DNA of 24,260 nucleotides from Halalkalibacterium halodurans (GTDB lineage Bacteria > Bacillota > Bacilli > Bacillales > Bacillaceae_D). The position numbers and the translations under genes are program-made. The notes under the pieces are model-generated. The model searched no databases. It was not told where the DNA came from and saw nothing but the letters and a program-made list of their open reading frames with translations. The DNA is taken from the NCBI RefSeq assembly GCF_004376175.1, contig NZ_SNUY01000049.1, positions 1 through 24,260 of the forward strand, written 5' to 3'. Positions 15,956 through 24,120 of the stretch are shown here, one piece after another. Each line of letters opens with the position of its first letter. The first letter of the stretch is position 1.

Positions 15956-16035
15956 CGGAGGAGCCCTGTATCGTATGTAAAGCTACTTATGTCTATTTCC
16001 TAGGAAATATGTTGTCGATAAGTGACTATGGTGCT

Positions 16036-16112
16036 TTTACAATCTTAAAAACATTTACTAAAACTAGAGAATATTAACAATTTTCTAACGTTCAGTTTAT
16101 AGAAGGTTAAAA
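16036..16112 (+). promoter_or_regulatory. Pho-box-like array of TT(A/T/C)ACA-type hexamers upstream of the phn-type ABC operon
   Basis: Four hexamers have exact 11-bp phasing: TTAACA (16074), CTAACG (16085), TTTATA (16096) and TTAAAA (16107). Three more lie upstream: TTTACA (16036), TTAAAA (16045) and TTTACT (16054). The region is AT-rich, so chance matches are possible. Confidence 0.3.
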
Positions 16113-16334
16113 GTGTCCCACTACCATACGAGGTGGAGGAAAAATGAGGTGGAGGGGATTTGAAGTTTATTAAGACTATTCGCCAGTTTAATGCTGCTCA
16201 TGCTGTCGGCTTACAAAGCCGGGGGAACAGGCAGTACGAGCTGCGAAAGAAGTCGAAGGGAATGTCGAAGAAGACACGGTGGATCGGTCAGTTGGGAAAT
16301 TGTTGATGTCTTTAATTAAGAGAGGATGAGTTCA

Positions 16335-17306
16335 ATGAAAAAGTGGTTACAAGGGTTGATGATCGCGGCTGTTGCCGTGGGGATGACGGCGTGTGGAAGC
16401 AGCGAAACGACTGGAGAGGACAAGCAGGCTGAAGGAAATACAGGTGAAGTCGATCATGCAGAAGTGGATCGCTCGAATTGGCCAGAGACGTTTGTGTATG
16501 GCATTTTGCCGACAGAAGATCAGGGGGAGCTGGCCAGCCGATTTGAGGCGCTTGAAGATTATTTGGAAGAAAAGGTAGGCATTGAGTTCGAGTTGTTTGT
16601 CGGAACTGATTATAACGCTTTAATTGAAGGTATGCGTAATGGACATGTGCATGCATCAGGGTTCGGTCCATTTTCCTACATGCTTGCCCATGAGCGAGCA
16701 AACGCTGAAGCCTTTGCGACAGGTGTGTCCGACCCTGAAGATGCGTTTTATTATTCTTGGTTTATAACCCTTGAAGAAACAAACCTGAACGGATTGGAAG
16801 ATTTAGATGGAGCCACCATTGCTTATGCCGATCCAGCTTCCACATCGGGACATATTTTTCCAAAAGGGATGCTAATTACAGAATTAGGGCTGACAATGGA
16901 CAATGTGGATGATTACTTCTCATATGTCACGTTCTCTGGTAGTCATGAAGCGTCGCTCTATTCTGTATTGAATGGTGATGTAGATGTAGCCGGTGTTTGT
17001 AGTTCATGCATTGAAAATATCTACGACCGAGTTGAAGATCATCCGAACTTTGAACAGTTAAAGGTGATCGCTGAGTCCGATCCGATTCCAAATGGCCCAC
17101 AAGCGATCAGTATGGATCTGCCTGAAGATTTACGCGAGCTCATTATTGACGCGTTTTTAACGATGCATGAAGATCCGAGCATGCAAGAATTTCTTGAGTC
17201 CAATGGGTATGATGCAGGTTACATTGAAGTGGATGACAGCATGTATGATGTTGTTCGTGAGACCGCAGAAGCACTAGAGATGAGCGCAGAGGATTTGTTG
17301 AACTAG
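16335..17306 (+). CDS. phnD: Phosphonate/phosphite ABC transporter substrate-binding lipoprotein (PhnD family)
   Basis: The signal peptide has the lipobox VGMTAC. The PhnD-like core is YGILPTED...LEDYLEEKVGIEFELFVGTDYNALIEGMRNGHV. The gene is followed by PhnC and PhnE genes. I prefer the ATG at 16335 over 16326 because of RBS spacing. Confidence 0.75.
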   Translation: MKKWLQGLMIAAVAVGMTACGSSETTGEDKQAEGNTGEVDHAEVDRSNWPETFVYGILPTEDQGELASRFEALEDYLEEKVGIEFELFVGTDYNALIEGMRNGHVHASGFGPFSYMLAHERANAEAFATGVSDPEDAFYYSWFITLEETNLNGLEDLDGATIAYADPASTSGHIFPKGMLITELGLTMDNVDDYFSYVTFSGSHEASLYSVLNGDVDVAGVCSSCIENIYDRVEDHPNFEQLKVIAESDPIPNGPQAISMDLPEDLRELIIDAFLTMHEDPSMQEFLESNGYDAGYIEVDDSMYDVVRETAEALEMSAEDLLN

Positions 17307-17352
17307 TTGGGGCTTCAGTAGGGAGAACCAAAAACGTATGGACAAAGTCAAA

Positions 17353-17380
17353 GGGCCTCGCTGTAGGCCCCTACTTTTTT
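17353..17380 (+). promoter_or_regulatory. Weak hairpin with a T-tract between phnD and phnC, a possible attenuator that raises binding-protein stoichiometry
   Basis: GGGCCT pairs with AGGCCC around a 6-nt loop. CTACTTTTTT follows. Confidence 0.35.
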
Positions 17381-17441
17381 CACGAATAGGTGTATATAAA
17401 CAGCACGTCAAATTTGTTTTTTGAACAGGAGGGTCAGCACG

Positions 17442-18185
17442 ATGGGTGAAATGATCTTAAGGGTTGAAGGGTTGAAAAAAGTGTACCCAGATGGAACCGT
17501 TGGAATAAAAGAGATCAATACATCGATCCGCCGCGGAGAGTTAATTTCCGTTATTGGGCCGAGCGGGGCAGGAAAGAGCACGTTTCTCCGCTCCATTAAT
17601 CGTTTAGTGGAACCAACTTCTGGGGCGATTTTTGTTGAGGGGGAAAATATTTGTAACGCGCGAGGAAAAAAATTACGGCAAATGCGACGGAAAATCGGTA
17701 TGGTGTTTCAACATTATAACTTAATTAAACGATCCTCTGTCTTGCAAAATGTTCTTCATGGCCGTCTTGGGTATATGTCAACCATTAAGGGGGGGCTCGG
17801 TCGGTTTCATGAGTCAGATACGAAACGGGCATTATCGATTTTGAAGAGAGTTGGCCTTGAGGAGCAGGCGTTCAAGCGAGCAGATGAACTTTCAGGGGGA
17901 CAACAGCAACGTGTCGGGATCGCCCGAGCCATTGCGCAAAACCCGACGTTGATTTTAGCGGATGAGCCGATTGCTAGCCTTGATCCGACAGCTTCTGAAA
18001 ACGTCCTCCATTATATGAAGACGATTTGTCAGGAAGAGGGAATTACAACGGTTGTGAATTTACACCAAGTGGAGTTTGCGAAGAAATTTGCCGATCGCAT
18101 GATAGGGATTAAGGCAGGAGAAATTGTGTTCGACGGAACTCCGAGGGAATTAACGGATTACACAGTCGACCAGCTGTATCAATAA
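17442..18185 (+). CDS. phnC: Phosphonate-type ABC transporter ATP-binding protein
   Basis: The protein carries Walker A GPSGAGKST, the signature LSGGQQQRVGIARA and Walker B ILADEPIASLD. The ATG at 17442 lies 9 nt after GGAGG, whereas the track starts at an upstream TTG. Confidence 0.88.
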   Translation: MGEMILRVEGLKKVYPDGTVGIKEINTSIRRGELISVIGPSGAGKSTFLRSINRLVEPTSGAIFVEGENICNARGKKLRQMRRKIGMVFQHYNLIKRSSVLQNVLHGRLGYMSTIKGGLGRFHESDTKRALSILKRVGLEEQAFKRADELSGGQQQRVGIARAIAQNPTLILADEPIASLDPTASENVLHYMKTICQEEGITTVVNLHQVEFAKKFADRMIGIKAGEIVFDGTPRELTDYTVDQLYQ

Positions 18186-18199
18186 GGAGGTGGATGAAC

Positions 18200-19066
18200 A
18201 TGAGTCTACCAGCTGAGCAATTGACAGAGAAGCAACTGTCACGATCAAAAAAACATGAGGGGAAATCGGTCGATCAGCTATTTCAAGATTGGAAGCGGCG
18301 TAAGAAAATGGTCCGCAAAAATCGTATGTTTACGCTCATTGTCTTAGCTGCTCTTATCATTTGGTCTTGGGTTGAGACAGGCTTTCAACTGACGTATTTA
18401 TTTTCAGGTGCTTCGAACATGGCCACTTTTATTTTTGAGGACTTACTCCCTCCGGACATGACTGCGATTGGCTTATTTTTAAAGCCAGCTTTTGATACGG
18501 TCATGATGAGTTACGTAGGAATGGTCATCTCGGTCATCGCTTCGTTGTTTTTTGGTTTTCTTGCCGCGAAAAATTTGAGCTTTCATCCGCTCATTAGCGT
18601 GCTGAGCCGTTCGTTTATTGCTTTTCTTCGCGCGGTTCCGGCGCTCGTCTGGGGAATCGTTATGGTTGCTGCCTTTGGCTTAGGCCCATTTGCCGGGACG
18701 CTTGCGATAGGCTTGTCGGGAGTAGGGATTCTTGCAAAAGCGTATGCGGATATGCTAGAGGAGTTGGATACTGGACAGCTTGAGGCGATTCGGGCAACAG
18801 GAGCAACGTGGTTTCAACTCGTTGGACAAGGCGTTTGGCCGCAATTCAAAGCAGGATTTGTCGGCTGGTCCCTTTACAAAATGGATTTAAATATTCGCGA
18901 GGCCGCTGTCCTGGGCTTGATCGGTGCAGGTGGGATTGGTACAGCATTGCAAAGTTCGATCAGCCTTTTCCAATATCAACAAGCAGCGGTAGGGATCTTA
19001 ATGATTTGGGGTCTTATTCTCATTGTTGAGTTTACTACAGCAAAAATAAGGGAGCGACTATTATGA
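18200..19066 (+). CDS. phnE: Phosphonate-type ABC transporter permease (PhnE family), copy 1
   Basis: This polytopic protein has the EAA-loop-like motif LEAIRATGATWFQLVGQGVWPQ. The ATG at 18200 lies 9 nt after GGAGG. Confidence 0.82.
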   Translation: MSLPAEQLTEKQLSRSKKHEGKSVDQLFQDWKRRKKMVRKNRMFTLIVLAALIIWSWVETGFQLTYLFSGASNMATFIFEDLLPPDMTAIGLFLKPAFDTVMMSYVGMVISVIASLFFGFLAAKNLSFHPLISVLSRSFIAFLRAVPALVWGIVMVAAFGLGPFAGTLAIGLSGVGILAKAYADMLEELDTGQLEAIRATGATWFQLVGQGVWPQFKAGFVGWSLYKMDLNIREAAVLGLIGAGGIGTALQSSISLFQYQQAAVGILMIWGLILIVEFTTAKIRERLL

Positions 19067-19863
19067 GTCAGTGGGCGCAGCAAAAAAATCGAACGACAAA
19101 GCAAATCATTGGTTTTTTAGCAGCCGTTTTCTTTCTATATAGTATGTTTTATCTAGAGATTGTACCCGAGCGGGTGATTCAGAGCTGGGAAAGAAGTCAA
19201 TCGCTTATTTTAGGAATGTTTCCTCCCACATTGGATGAGCCGATTGATGTGTTAGGCGCGGCTCTTGAGTCACTTCACGTTGCGGTTATGGGGACAGTGC
19301 TTGGCGTCATTTTCTCGATCATGCTCGCTTGTTTTGCAGCGAAAAACCTCGCCCCTCATTGGTCGGTTAGCTATTTGGTAAAGGGGTTTGCAGCCTTTGT
19401 CCGTGCGGTGCCAGCCTTGATTTGGGCGTTGCTGTTTATTGTGGCGGTAGGTCTTGGTCCCATTCCAGGGATTTTAGCCTTAGCAGTAAATAGCATCGGC
19501 ATGCTCGTCAAAGTGTATGCGGAAGCCATTGAGGAAATCGACCACGGTGTGATCGAAGCGCTACAGGCGACAGGAGCCAATCGAGTTCATGTTATCATGC
19601 AAGGAGTCATTCCGACCATTATGTCTGCATTCATCTCATGGTCGGTTTTCCGATTTGATGTAAACATTCGTTATGCAGCGGTTTTAGGGATAGTCGGGGC
19701 CGGAGGGATTGGCTGGGAGCTTGTGCGAGCATCTCGAGTGCTTGCCTATGACCAAGTGCTCGGCATTACGCTCGTTATTTTTGCGATGATTATCGTAATG
19801 GAATTTTTGACCCGCTATTTAAAGCAGCGTTCAGATCTCGTGTTAGCGAAAGCGTCCAATTAA
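19063..19863 (+). CDS. phnE: Phosphonate-type ABC transporter permease (PhnE family), copy 2
   Basis: An ATGA start/stop overlap links it to the preceding permease. The EAA-like motif is IEALQATGANRVHVIMQGVIPT. Confidence 0.82.
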   Translation: MSQWAQQKNRTTKQIIGFLAAVFFLYSMFYLEIVPERVIQSWERSQSLILGMFPPTLDEPIDVLGAALESLHVAVMGTVLGVIFSIMLACFAAKNLAPHWSVSYLVKGFAAFVRAVPALIWALLFIVAVGLGPIPGILALAVNSIGMLVKVYAEAIEEIDHGVIEALQATGANRVHVIMQGVIPTIMSAFISWSVFRFDVNIRYAAVLGIVGAGGIGWELVRASRVLAYDQVLGITLVIFAMIIVMEFLTRYLKQRSDLVLAKASN

Positions 19864-19873
19864 GTTTCAATAA

Positions 19874-19902
19874 GGTAGAGGCGCCAATCCTCTACCTTTT
19901 CT
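19874..19902 (+). terminator. Rho-independent terminator of the phn-type operon
   Basis: GGTAGAGG pairs with CCTCTACC around the loop CGCCAAT. TTTTCTCATT follows. Confidence 0.7.
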
Positions 19903-19932
19903 CATTGTTTAGGAAAGTATAAAATATCGACT

Positions 19933-19964
19933 TGTGCATAACGTGTGGATAAAAATGTGGATAA
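19933..19964. promoter_or_regulatory. Cluster of three head-to-tail DnaA boxes
   Basis: TGTGGATAA is the complement of the TTATCCACA consensus. It occurs perfectly at 19944-19952 and 19956-19964. TGTGCATAA, with one mismatch, lies at 19933-19941. Confidence 0.5.
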
Positions 19965-20163
19965 TTATCAGGGTGCTACACATCAAGCGAGATATGTTCT
20001 GAATGATTCATCTATATTTGGAACGTGATAAAAGTCGCGGTAGAGATTTTGTTCTTCGTTTTCAAAAAGGGGATGCATCGTTTTTGCCAACTCTTTGGAA
20101 AAGAGTTATGATCGTTTTGAAGTATGTGTTCGGTTTGAATGGTATATGGAAGAGAGGTTTTTG

Positions 20164-21417
20164 ATGACAAAGTCAGAGCACGCACCTGAATCTAAATCTG
20201 TAAAAGTCGTCGCCCTTGTCACGGCCCTTTGTCTATTAGGGGACTCTCTATTGTATGTTGCCCTGCCGATTTATTATCGAGAAGTGGGGTTACAATCGCT
20301 TTGGGAGGTCGGAATCATTTTATCTTTGAATCGTTTTGTTCGGATTCCGATCAATCCGTTGGTCGGTAAGTGTTACCAGCATGTAACCTTGCGCACAGGG
20401 CTACTCATTGCCGTTAGTTTAACGTTGGTGACAACGATTGGTTATGGAGTCGGTTATGGATTTTTCGTTTGGGTAATTCTCCGGTTGTTATGGGGAATTG
20501 CATGGTCTTTTTTAAGGCTAGGTGGTCTGTTTACGGTGCTAGAGGAAGCTACCGACAGCAATCGAGGCAAGCTGATGGGGCAGTACAATGGATTATATCG
20601 ACTTGGGAGTTTAGGAGGAATGCTTGGAGGTGGGATTCTTGCGAGCTTCATCGGACTCTCGGAAACTGCTATCATTTTTGGGGTGTTAGCGGTGCTCGCG
20701 ATTCCGTATGTGTTACGCTACGTCCCATCGTTGGCACAAGAAAGAACTGGACAACCGGAAGGCGATTCAACTGAAAAGAAACGAAAAGGTTTGTACGGTC
20801 GTCATGCGATCCTTGCCATTAGTAGTGGCTTATTGCTTGCGTTATTTCTGCAAGGTCTGTTCGGATCAACGCTGAGTTTGCTCATGCTAGAGCATTACGG
20901 TGAAACGATTTATATCGTCGGTATGATTGTAGGGGTAACCGCCTTATCTGGGGTACTTCAAGGGGTACGCTGGGTGTGGGAGCCCTTCCTAGCGGTCTTG
21001 TTCGGTCATTGGTCCGACGGGGATCGAGGGCGTTTGCCCCTTTTCATCCTCTTTTTGATCATGACAGCCTTAGGATACGGGGCGATGGTTCTTTCCCTGC
21101 CACTAATAATCTGGTTAGCTGCCGTTATCGTAGTAATGGTCGCTTCAACGGCTTTAACGACCCTAATTGATGCGCTGACCTCTGATGTCGCCAAAGGACA
21201 AGATGCGAATCGGGTGATGACAAGTTACACGGTGTTTCTCGATGTTGGTGCAGCCCTTGGGCCCTTACTAGCCTATTTTCTATTGGACATTGGCTTAAGT
21301 TTGACGTTTGTCTATTTAAGCTCTGCGGTGATTTTTCTACTGCTAGCTGTCCAATGGGGGTGGTGCTACTTGCGCGATCCGTTTTATCGCCATGATTCGA
21401 TGAGGAAAGCAGTGTAG
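20164..21417 (+). CDS. MFS transporter of unknown substrate
   Basis: The protein has about 12 TM segments and MFS-like loops (GKLMGQYNGLYRLGSLGGMLGG). The ATG at 20164 lies 6 nt after GAGAGG, whereas the track starts at an upstream TTG. Confidence 0.75.
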   Translation: MTKSEHAPESKSVKVVALVTALCLLGDSLLYVALPIYYREVGLQSLWEVGIILSLNRFVRIPINPLVGKCYQHVTLRTGLLIAVSLTLVTTIGYGVGYGFFVWVILRLLWGIAWSFLRLGGLFTVLEEATDSNRGKLMGQYNGLYRLGSLGGMLGGGILASFIGLSETAIIFGVLAVLAIPYVLRYVPSLAQERTGQPEGDSTEKKRKGLYGRHAILAISSGLLLALFLQGLFGSTLSLLMLEHYGETIYIVGMIVGVTALSGVLQGVRWVWEPFLAVLFGHWSDGDRGRLPLFILFLIMTALGYGAMVLSLPLIIWLAAVIVVMVASTALTTLIDALTSDVAKGQDANRVMTSYTVFLDVGAALGPLLAYFLLDIGLSLTFVYLSSAVIFLLLAVQWGWCYLRDPFYRHDSMRKAV

Positions 21418-21441
21418 AAGGTAAGGAAAGGAGGAGAACGA

Positions 21442-22116
21442 ATGATCTTTTTTGATATTGACGATACATTGCTCGATCATCAAGGAGCGGAGCGACGAGG
21501 CGCAGCGCAATTTTATCACCAATATAGGCACGAGCTTCCGTATGGAAAGGCTGATTTCTTACAAGCATGGGAAGAGGCATCTGAGCATTTTTATACAAAG
21601 TATTTAACAGGTTGTTTATCGTTTCAAGAACAACGGCGAGAGCGAATTCGTTCTTTTTTTCCAGAATTGCTTGATGTTGAAGCAGACGAGCGATTCCAAG
21701 ATTATCTTGATTATTACGAGGTAAATTGGCGAAGGTTTGATGACGTAAAGGCTTGTTTAGATCGATGGACAAAGGCCGGTCTTTCGTTAGGTGTGATTAG
21801 CAATGGTTCACAGCAACAGCAGCAATCGAAGCTTGAACGGTTAGAAATAAGAGAATTTTTTCGATATGTCGTGACATCAGAAGCAGCGGGGGTTGCCAAA
21901 CCTGACCCGCACATTTTTGCTTATGCTTGTAACCTAGCAAAAGAGGCAGTGGAGAGCTGCTTCTACGTAGGGGATCGGTTGAAAACAGATGCTGTTGCTA
22001 GCCAGCAGGCAGGGCTGACGGGGGTTTGGTTGAACCGACTTGGAAAGGAATTACGTGAAACGGATGTCATCATCATCCGAAGTCTGGATGAATTGGACAA
22101 GTATCTTACCATTTGA
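21442..22116 (+). CDS. HAD-superfamily hydrolase (subfamily IA-like)
   Basis: Motif I is FFDIDDTL, motif II is VISNGS, motif III is the Lys in AKPDPHIF and motif IV is VGDRLKTD. The RBS GGAGGAG lies upstream. Confidence 0.85.
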   Translation: MIFFDIDDTLLDHQGAERRGAAQFYHQYRHELPYGKADFLQAWEEASEHFYTKYLTGCLSFQEQRRERIRSFFPELLDVEADERFQDYLDYYEVNWRRFDDVKACLDRWTKAGLSLGVISNGSQQQQQSKLERLEIREFFRYVVTSEAAGVAKPDPHIFAYACNLAKEAVESCFYVGDRLKTDAVASQQAGLTGVWLNRLGKELRETDVIIIRSLDELDKYLTI

Positions 22117-22147
22117 AAAAGAGACTACCAAGTGGCAGTCTCTTTTT
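22116..22147. terminator. Bidirectional terminator shared by the HAD gene and the convergent lipoprotein gene
   Basis: AAAAAGAGACTACC pairs with GGCAGTCTCTTTTT (one mismatch) around the loop AAGT. The A and T runs give U-tracts on both strands. Confidence 0.7.
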
Positions 22148-22155
22148 AGTATTTT

Positions 22156-22875
22156 TTACGGTTGGAAGGTTTTCAGCATGGCCCAGAAGCTTGGGAGAAT
22201 CCCTTCTTGTGCTTCTTTATTCGGAATGTATAGTTCAAAACGATACGTTTCTCCATTTGGATACGTCTTAGCAACATGGAAAATATTCGTTTCTCCGTCA
22301 TCGCTCGTCACTTTTTCACGTAGAGAAAAGTCCACATCCTCTAAAGGTGTAGGATAGTTGTCCTCGATGGTTCCAGTTGTGTGCTCGATGATGTTGTTTT
22401 TTAACGCGTTCGTGTCAGCACTTGATCCTTCTTGAATAATACGTGTAAAGAAACTTCCGTCGTAATCAGATAAAATGACATCACGGCGCGGCTCCTCACC
22501 TGTTAAAGAAAAGTTCTCAAGAACATAAATAGAATAGCCTAATTCACCGCGATTAAATTGGGCACTGCGCATCTCTTTATCGCCTTCGACCTCGACTTCA
22601 ATCTCTTTTACTTCTGAAGCGTCGCTCGTTTCTTCTGAAGCTTCGTCTTCAGTGGTCTCTTCCTCTGTCGGTTCTTCTTCAGCTGCTTCTTCTTCGTCTA
22701 CAGGCTCTTCTTCAACAGCATCCTCTTCTTCAACAGCTTCGTCTTCAGCGTTCTCCACGTCTTCTACGATTTCCTCTGGATCTTCTCCTTCTGTTCCTGA
22801 AGTTCCTCCTGTACCGCATGCGACAAGCATTACGCTAAGTACACACGTAGATAATCCTAACCATAATTTTTTCAT
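22156..22875 (-). CDS. Lipoprotein with a long acidic low-complexity linker. Its function is unknown.
   Basis: The signal peptide MKKLWLGLSTCVLSVMLVAC has the lipobox LVAC. An E/D-rich stretch of about 70 aa follows (EEEDAVEEEPVDEEEAAEEEPTEEE), then a globular C-terminal domain of about 140 aa. The RBS AGGGGGAC lies upstream. Confidence 0.7.
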   Translation of the reverse strand: MKKLWLGLSTCVLSVMLVACGTGGTSGTEGEDPEEIVEDVENAEDEAVEEEDAVEEEPVDEEEAAEEEPTEEETTEDEASEETSDASEVKEIEVEVEGDKEMRSAQFNRGELGYSIYVLENFSLTGEEPRRDVILSDYDGSFFTRIIQEGSSADTNALKNNIIEHTTGTIEDNYPTPLEDVDFSLREKVTSDDGETNIFHVAKTYPNGETYRFELYIPNKEAQEGILPSFWAMLKTFQP

Positions 22876-22992
22876 CCTAAAGGTCCCCCTCTTTCTGTCT
22901 TTTCATCTATAGAACGTCATTTAAATCATAATTGTTTCATTTTTTTAAGTAAAGAGTCATCCTTTTTTGTTGGAAAGAAAGTAAGGACAACA

Positions 22993-23817
22993 CTAGTTTA
23001 TTGTTAGAAAGTTTTCGTTTGCTTTGGCTTGCTTGTACACCTGTTGCAACTTCCAAAGGATAAACGGCAGGCTTAGTAAGCTTAAGGCGATTCCCACATA
23101 TCCAGTATAATAGAACATTTTCACTGTCAGTTCACTAGTCTCTGGTGTTTCTCCGATAGGCAGGTGAAAGATGACAAGAAGCACCAAATTGTGAAAGGCA
23201 TGGAGAACGATCGGGAGCCAAATATTTTTCGTTGCCATATAAAGAAAACTCCAAAATAAGCCAATCATAAAATGTCCGAGAAACCCAAGATTGACATGAA
23301 GGAGAGCAAAGACAAGTGAGGCTATAATCGCTCCGGTGAATAGCCCATACCTAGCGGCCCACTTTTGCAGCAAGAAACCACGGAAAAACATTTCCTCTAC
23401 GATCGGTGCAATGAGGACTGTGGCTAGAAATCCTCGTATAAACGAGCGATCATGAAGGAACGATGGGTTTGGAATAAAATCAGTAAGTAGGCTCGGAAAA
23501 AGCAATGCCACGAAATACATAAGGACGAAAACAATCGCCATGGAAAACAGAAGAAAGACGAGCTGCCAGCAAGCTAGCTGGGTGAACGAGTTAAACGAAG
23601 GAAACCCTTCACGGAAAGTAAGCCATGTGCGCAATGATACACCGTGCGTCTTTAAGCGCCACCAAAGGGTAAAAACCGCTACTAGTGGCAGAAACTCAGC
23701 AACATAGCTTAACACATCAAGGGAAAAAACAATGCTGACTAGAGCAAGAATGAGCATCGCTATGAGTGAGGTCGCCACACACCATAAAAGAGTACGAACG
23801 ATAGGTACATGATTCAT
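22993..23817 (-). CDS. CPBP-family intramembrane glutamic endopeptidase (Abi/CAAX protease-like)
   Basis: The three signature motifs are EEMFFRG (EExxxR), FALLH (FxxxH) and HAFHN (HxxxN), in a polytopic protein. I prefer the ATG at 23817 over the TTG at 23820. Confidence 0.85.
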   Translation of the reverse strand: MNHVPIVRTLLWCVATSLIAMLILALVSIVFSLDVLSYVAEFLPLVAVFTLWWRLKTHGVSLRTWLTFREGFPSFNSFTQLACWQLVFLLFSMAIVFVLMYFVALLFPSLLTDFIPNPSFLHDRSFIRGFLATVLIAPIVEEMFFRGFLLQKWAARYGLFTGAIIASLVFALLHVNLGFLGHFMIGLFWSFLYMATKNIWLPIVLHAFHNLVLLVIFHLPIGETPETSELTVKMFYYTGYVGIALSLLSLPFILWKLQQVYKQAKANENFLTIN

Positions 23818-23919
23818 CAAATGTCACTTCCAGTATAGTTGAGAGAATATAAGCTATGGTAAAATGAGGGAGTGAAACCCTTTTAGGTAAGTGTATCAAA
23901 AATAAGCGTAAGGAGGCGA

Positions 23920-24102
23920 ATGATGACGATTTCTCTTCGTAAGCTTAGTGACCGAGTGTACTACCTTACGACAAACAGTGATTTACATACAGCACGAGCC
24001 CTTTATGAGAAATTTGGATTTGCGATCGTTCATCAAGTGAAAAAGCAATATTCTGGGTATGAGCTAGTAGATGAAACATGGGAGCGTTCCTTACTCTCAT
24101 AA
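23920..24102 (+). CDS. 60-aa ORF resembling only the C-terminal part of a GNAT acetyltransferase. It may be a gene remnant.
   Basis: ARALYEKFGF is the typical GNAT motif-B tail, but the acetyl-CoA-binding N-terminal part is absent. A strong RBS (AAGGAGG) precedes the ATGATG. The ORF ends 19 nt before the inferred IS3-family end. Confidence 0.4.
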   Translation: MMTISLRKLSDRVYYLTTNSDLHTARALYEKFGFAIVHQVKKQYSGYELVDETWERSLLS

Positions 24103-24120
24103 CCAAAGGAGCGAAAGAAA

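Noticed and set aside
15135-15980. Plus-strand ORFs 15135-15509 and 15627-15980
   Set aside because: Both are antisense shadows of ktrA. They are Ser/Ile-rich and have no RBS.
15842-16020. c-di-AMP (ydaO-type) riboswitch in the ktrA leader, as seen upstream of ktrAB in B. subtilis
   Set aside because: The best promoter leaves a leader of only about 80 nt. I could not find the conserved GGGGA...CCA or CAGCUAACCUCGUA-type segments on the minus strand. A cmsearch with the Rfam ydaO-yuaA model would settle it.
16160-16306. 48-aa highly basic TTG-start ORF, and a 40-aa frame with a lipoprotein-signal-like LMLLMLSAY segment, upstream of phnD
   Set aside because: The start codon is poor and the SD spacing is only 3 nt. 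I recognise no family resemblance. I kept it only as part of the unexplained-leader finding.
16312-16701. 129-aa minus-strand ORF opposite phnD, and the 61-aa ORF at 16393-16578
   Set aside because: Both overlap a lipoprotein gene that has a lipobox and PhnD-like sequence. They have no translation signals.
21125-21772. 215-aa minus-strand ORF overlapping the MFS and HAD genes
   Set aside because: It lies antisense to two well-supported genes with clear family motifs. Its sequence is low in complexity and has no RBS. It is a shadow ORF.
22652-22912. 86-aa Ser-rich plus-strand ORF
   Set aside because: It is the mirror image of the GAA/GAG-rich acidic linker of the lipoprotein gene on the minus strand. 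It is a compositional artefact.
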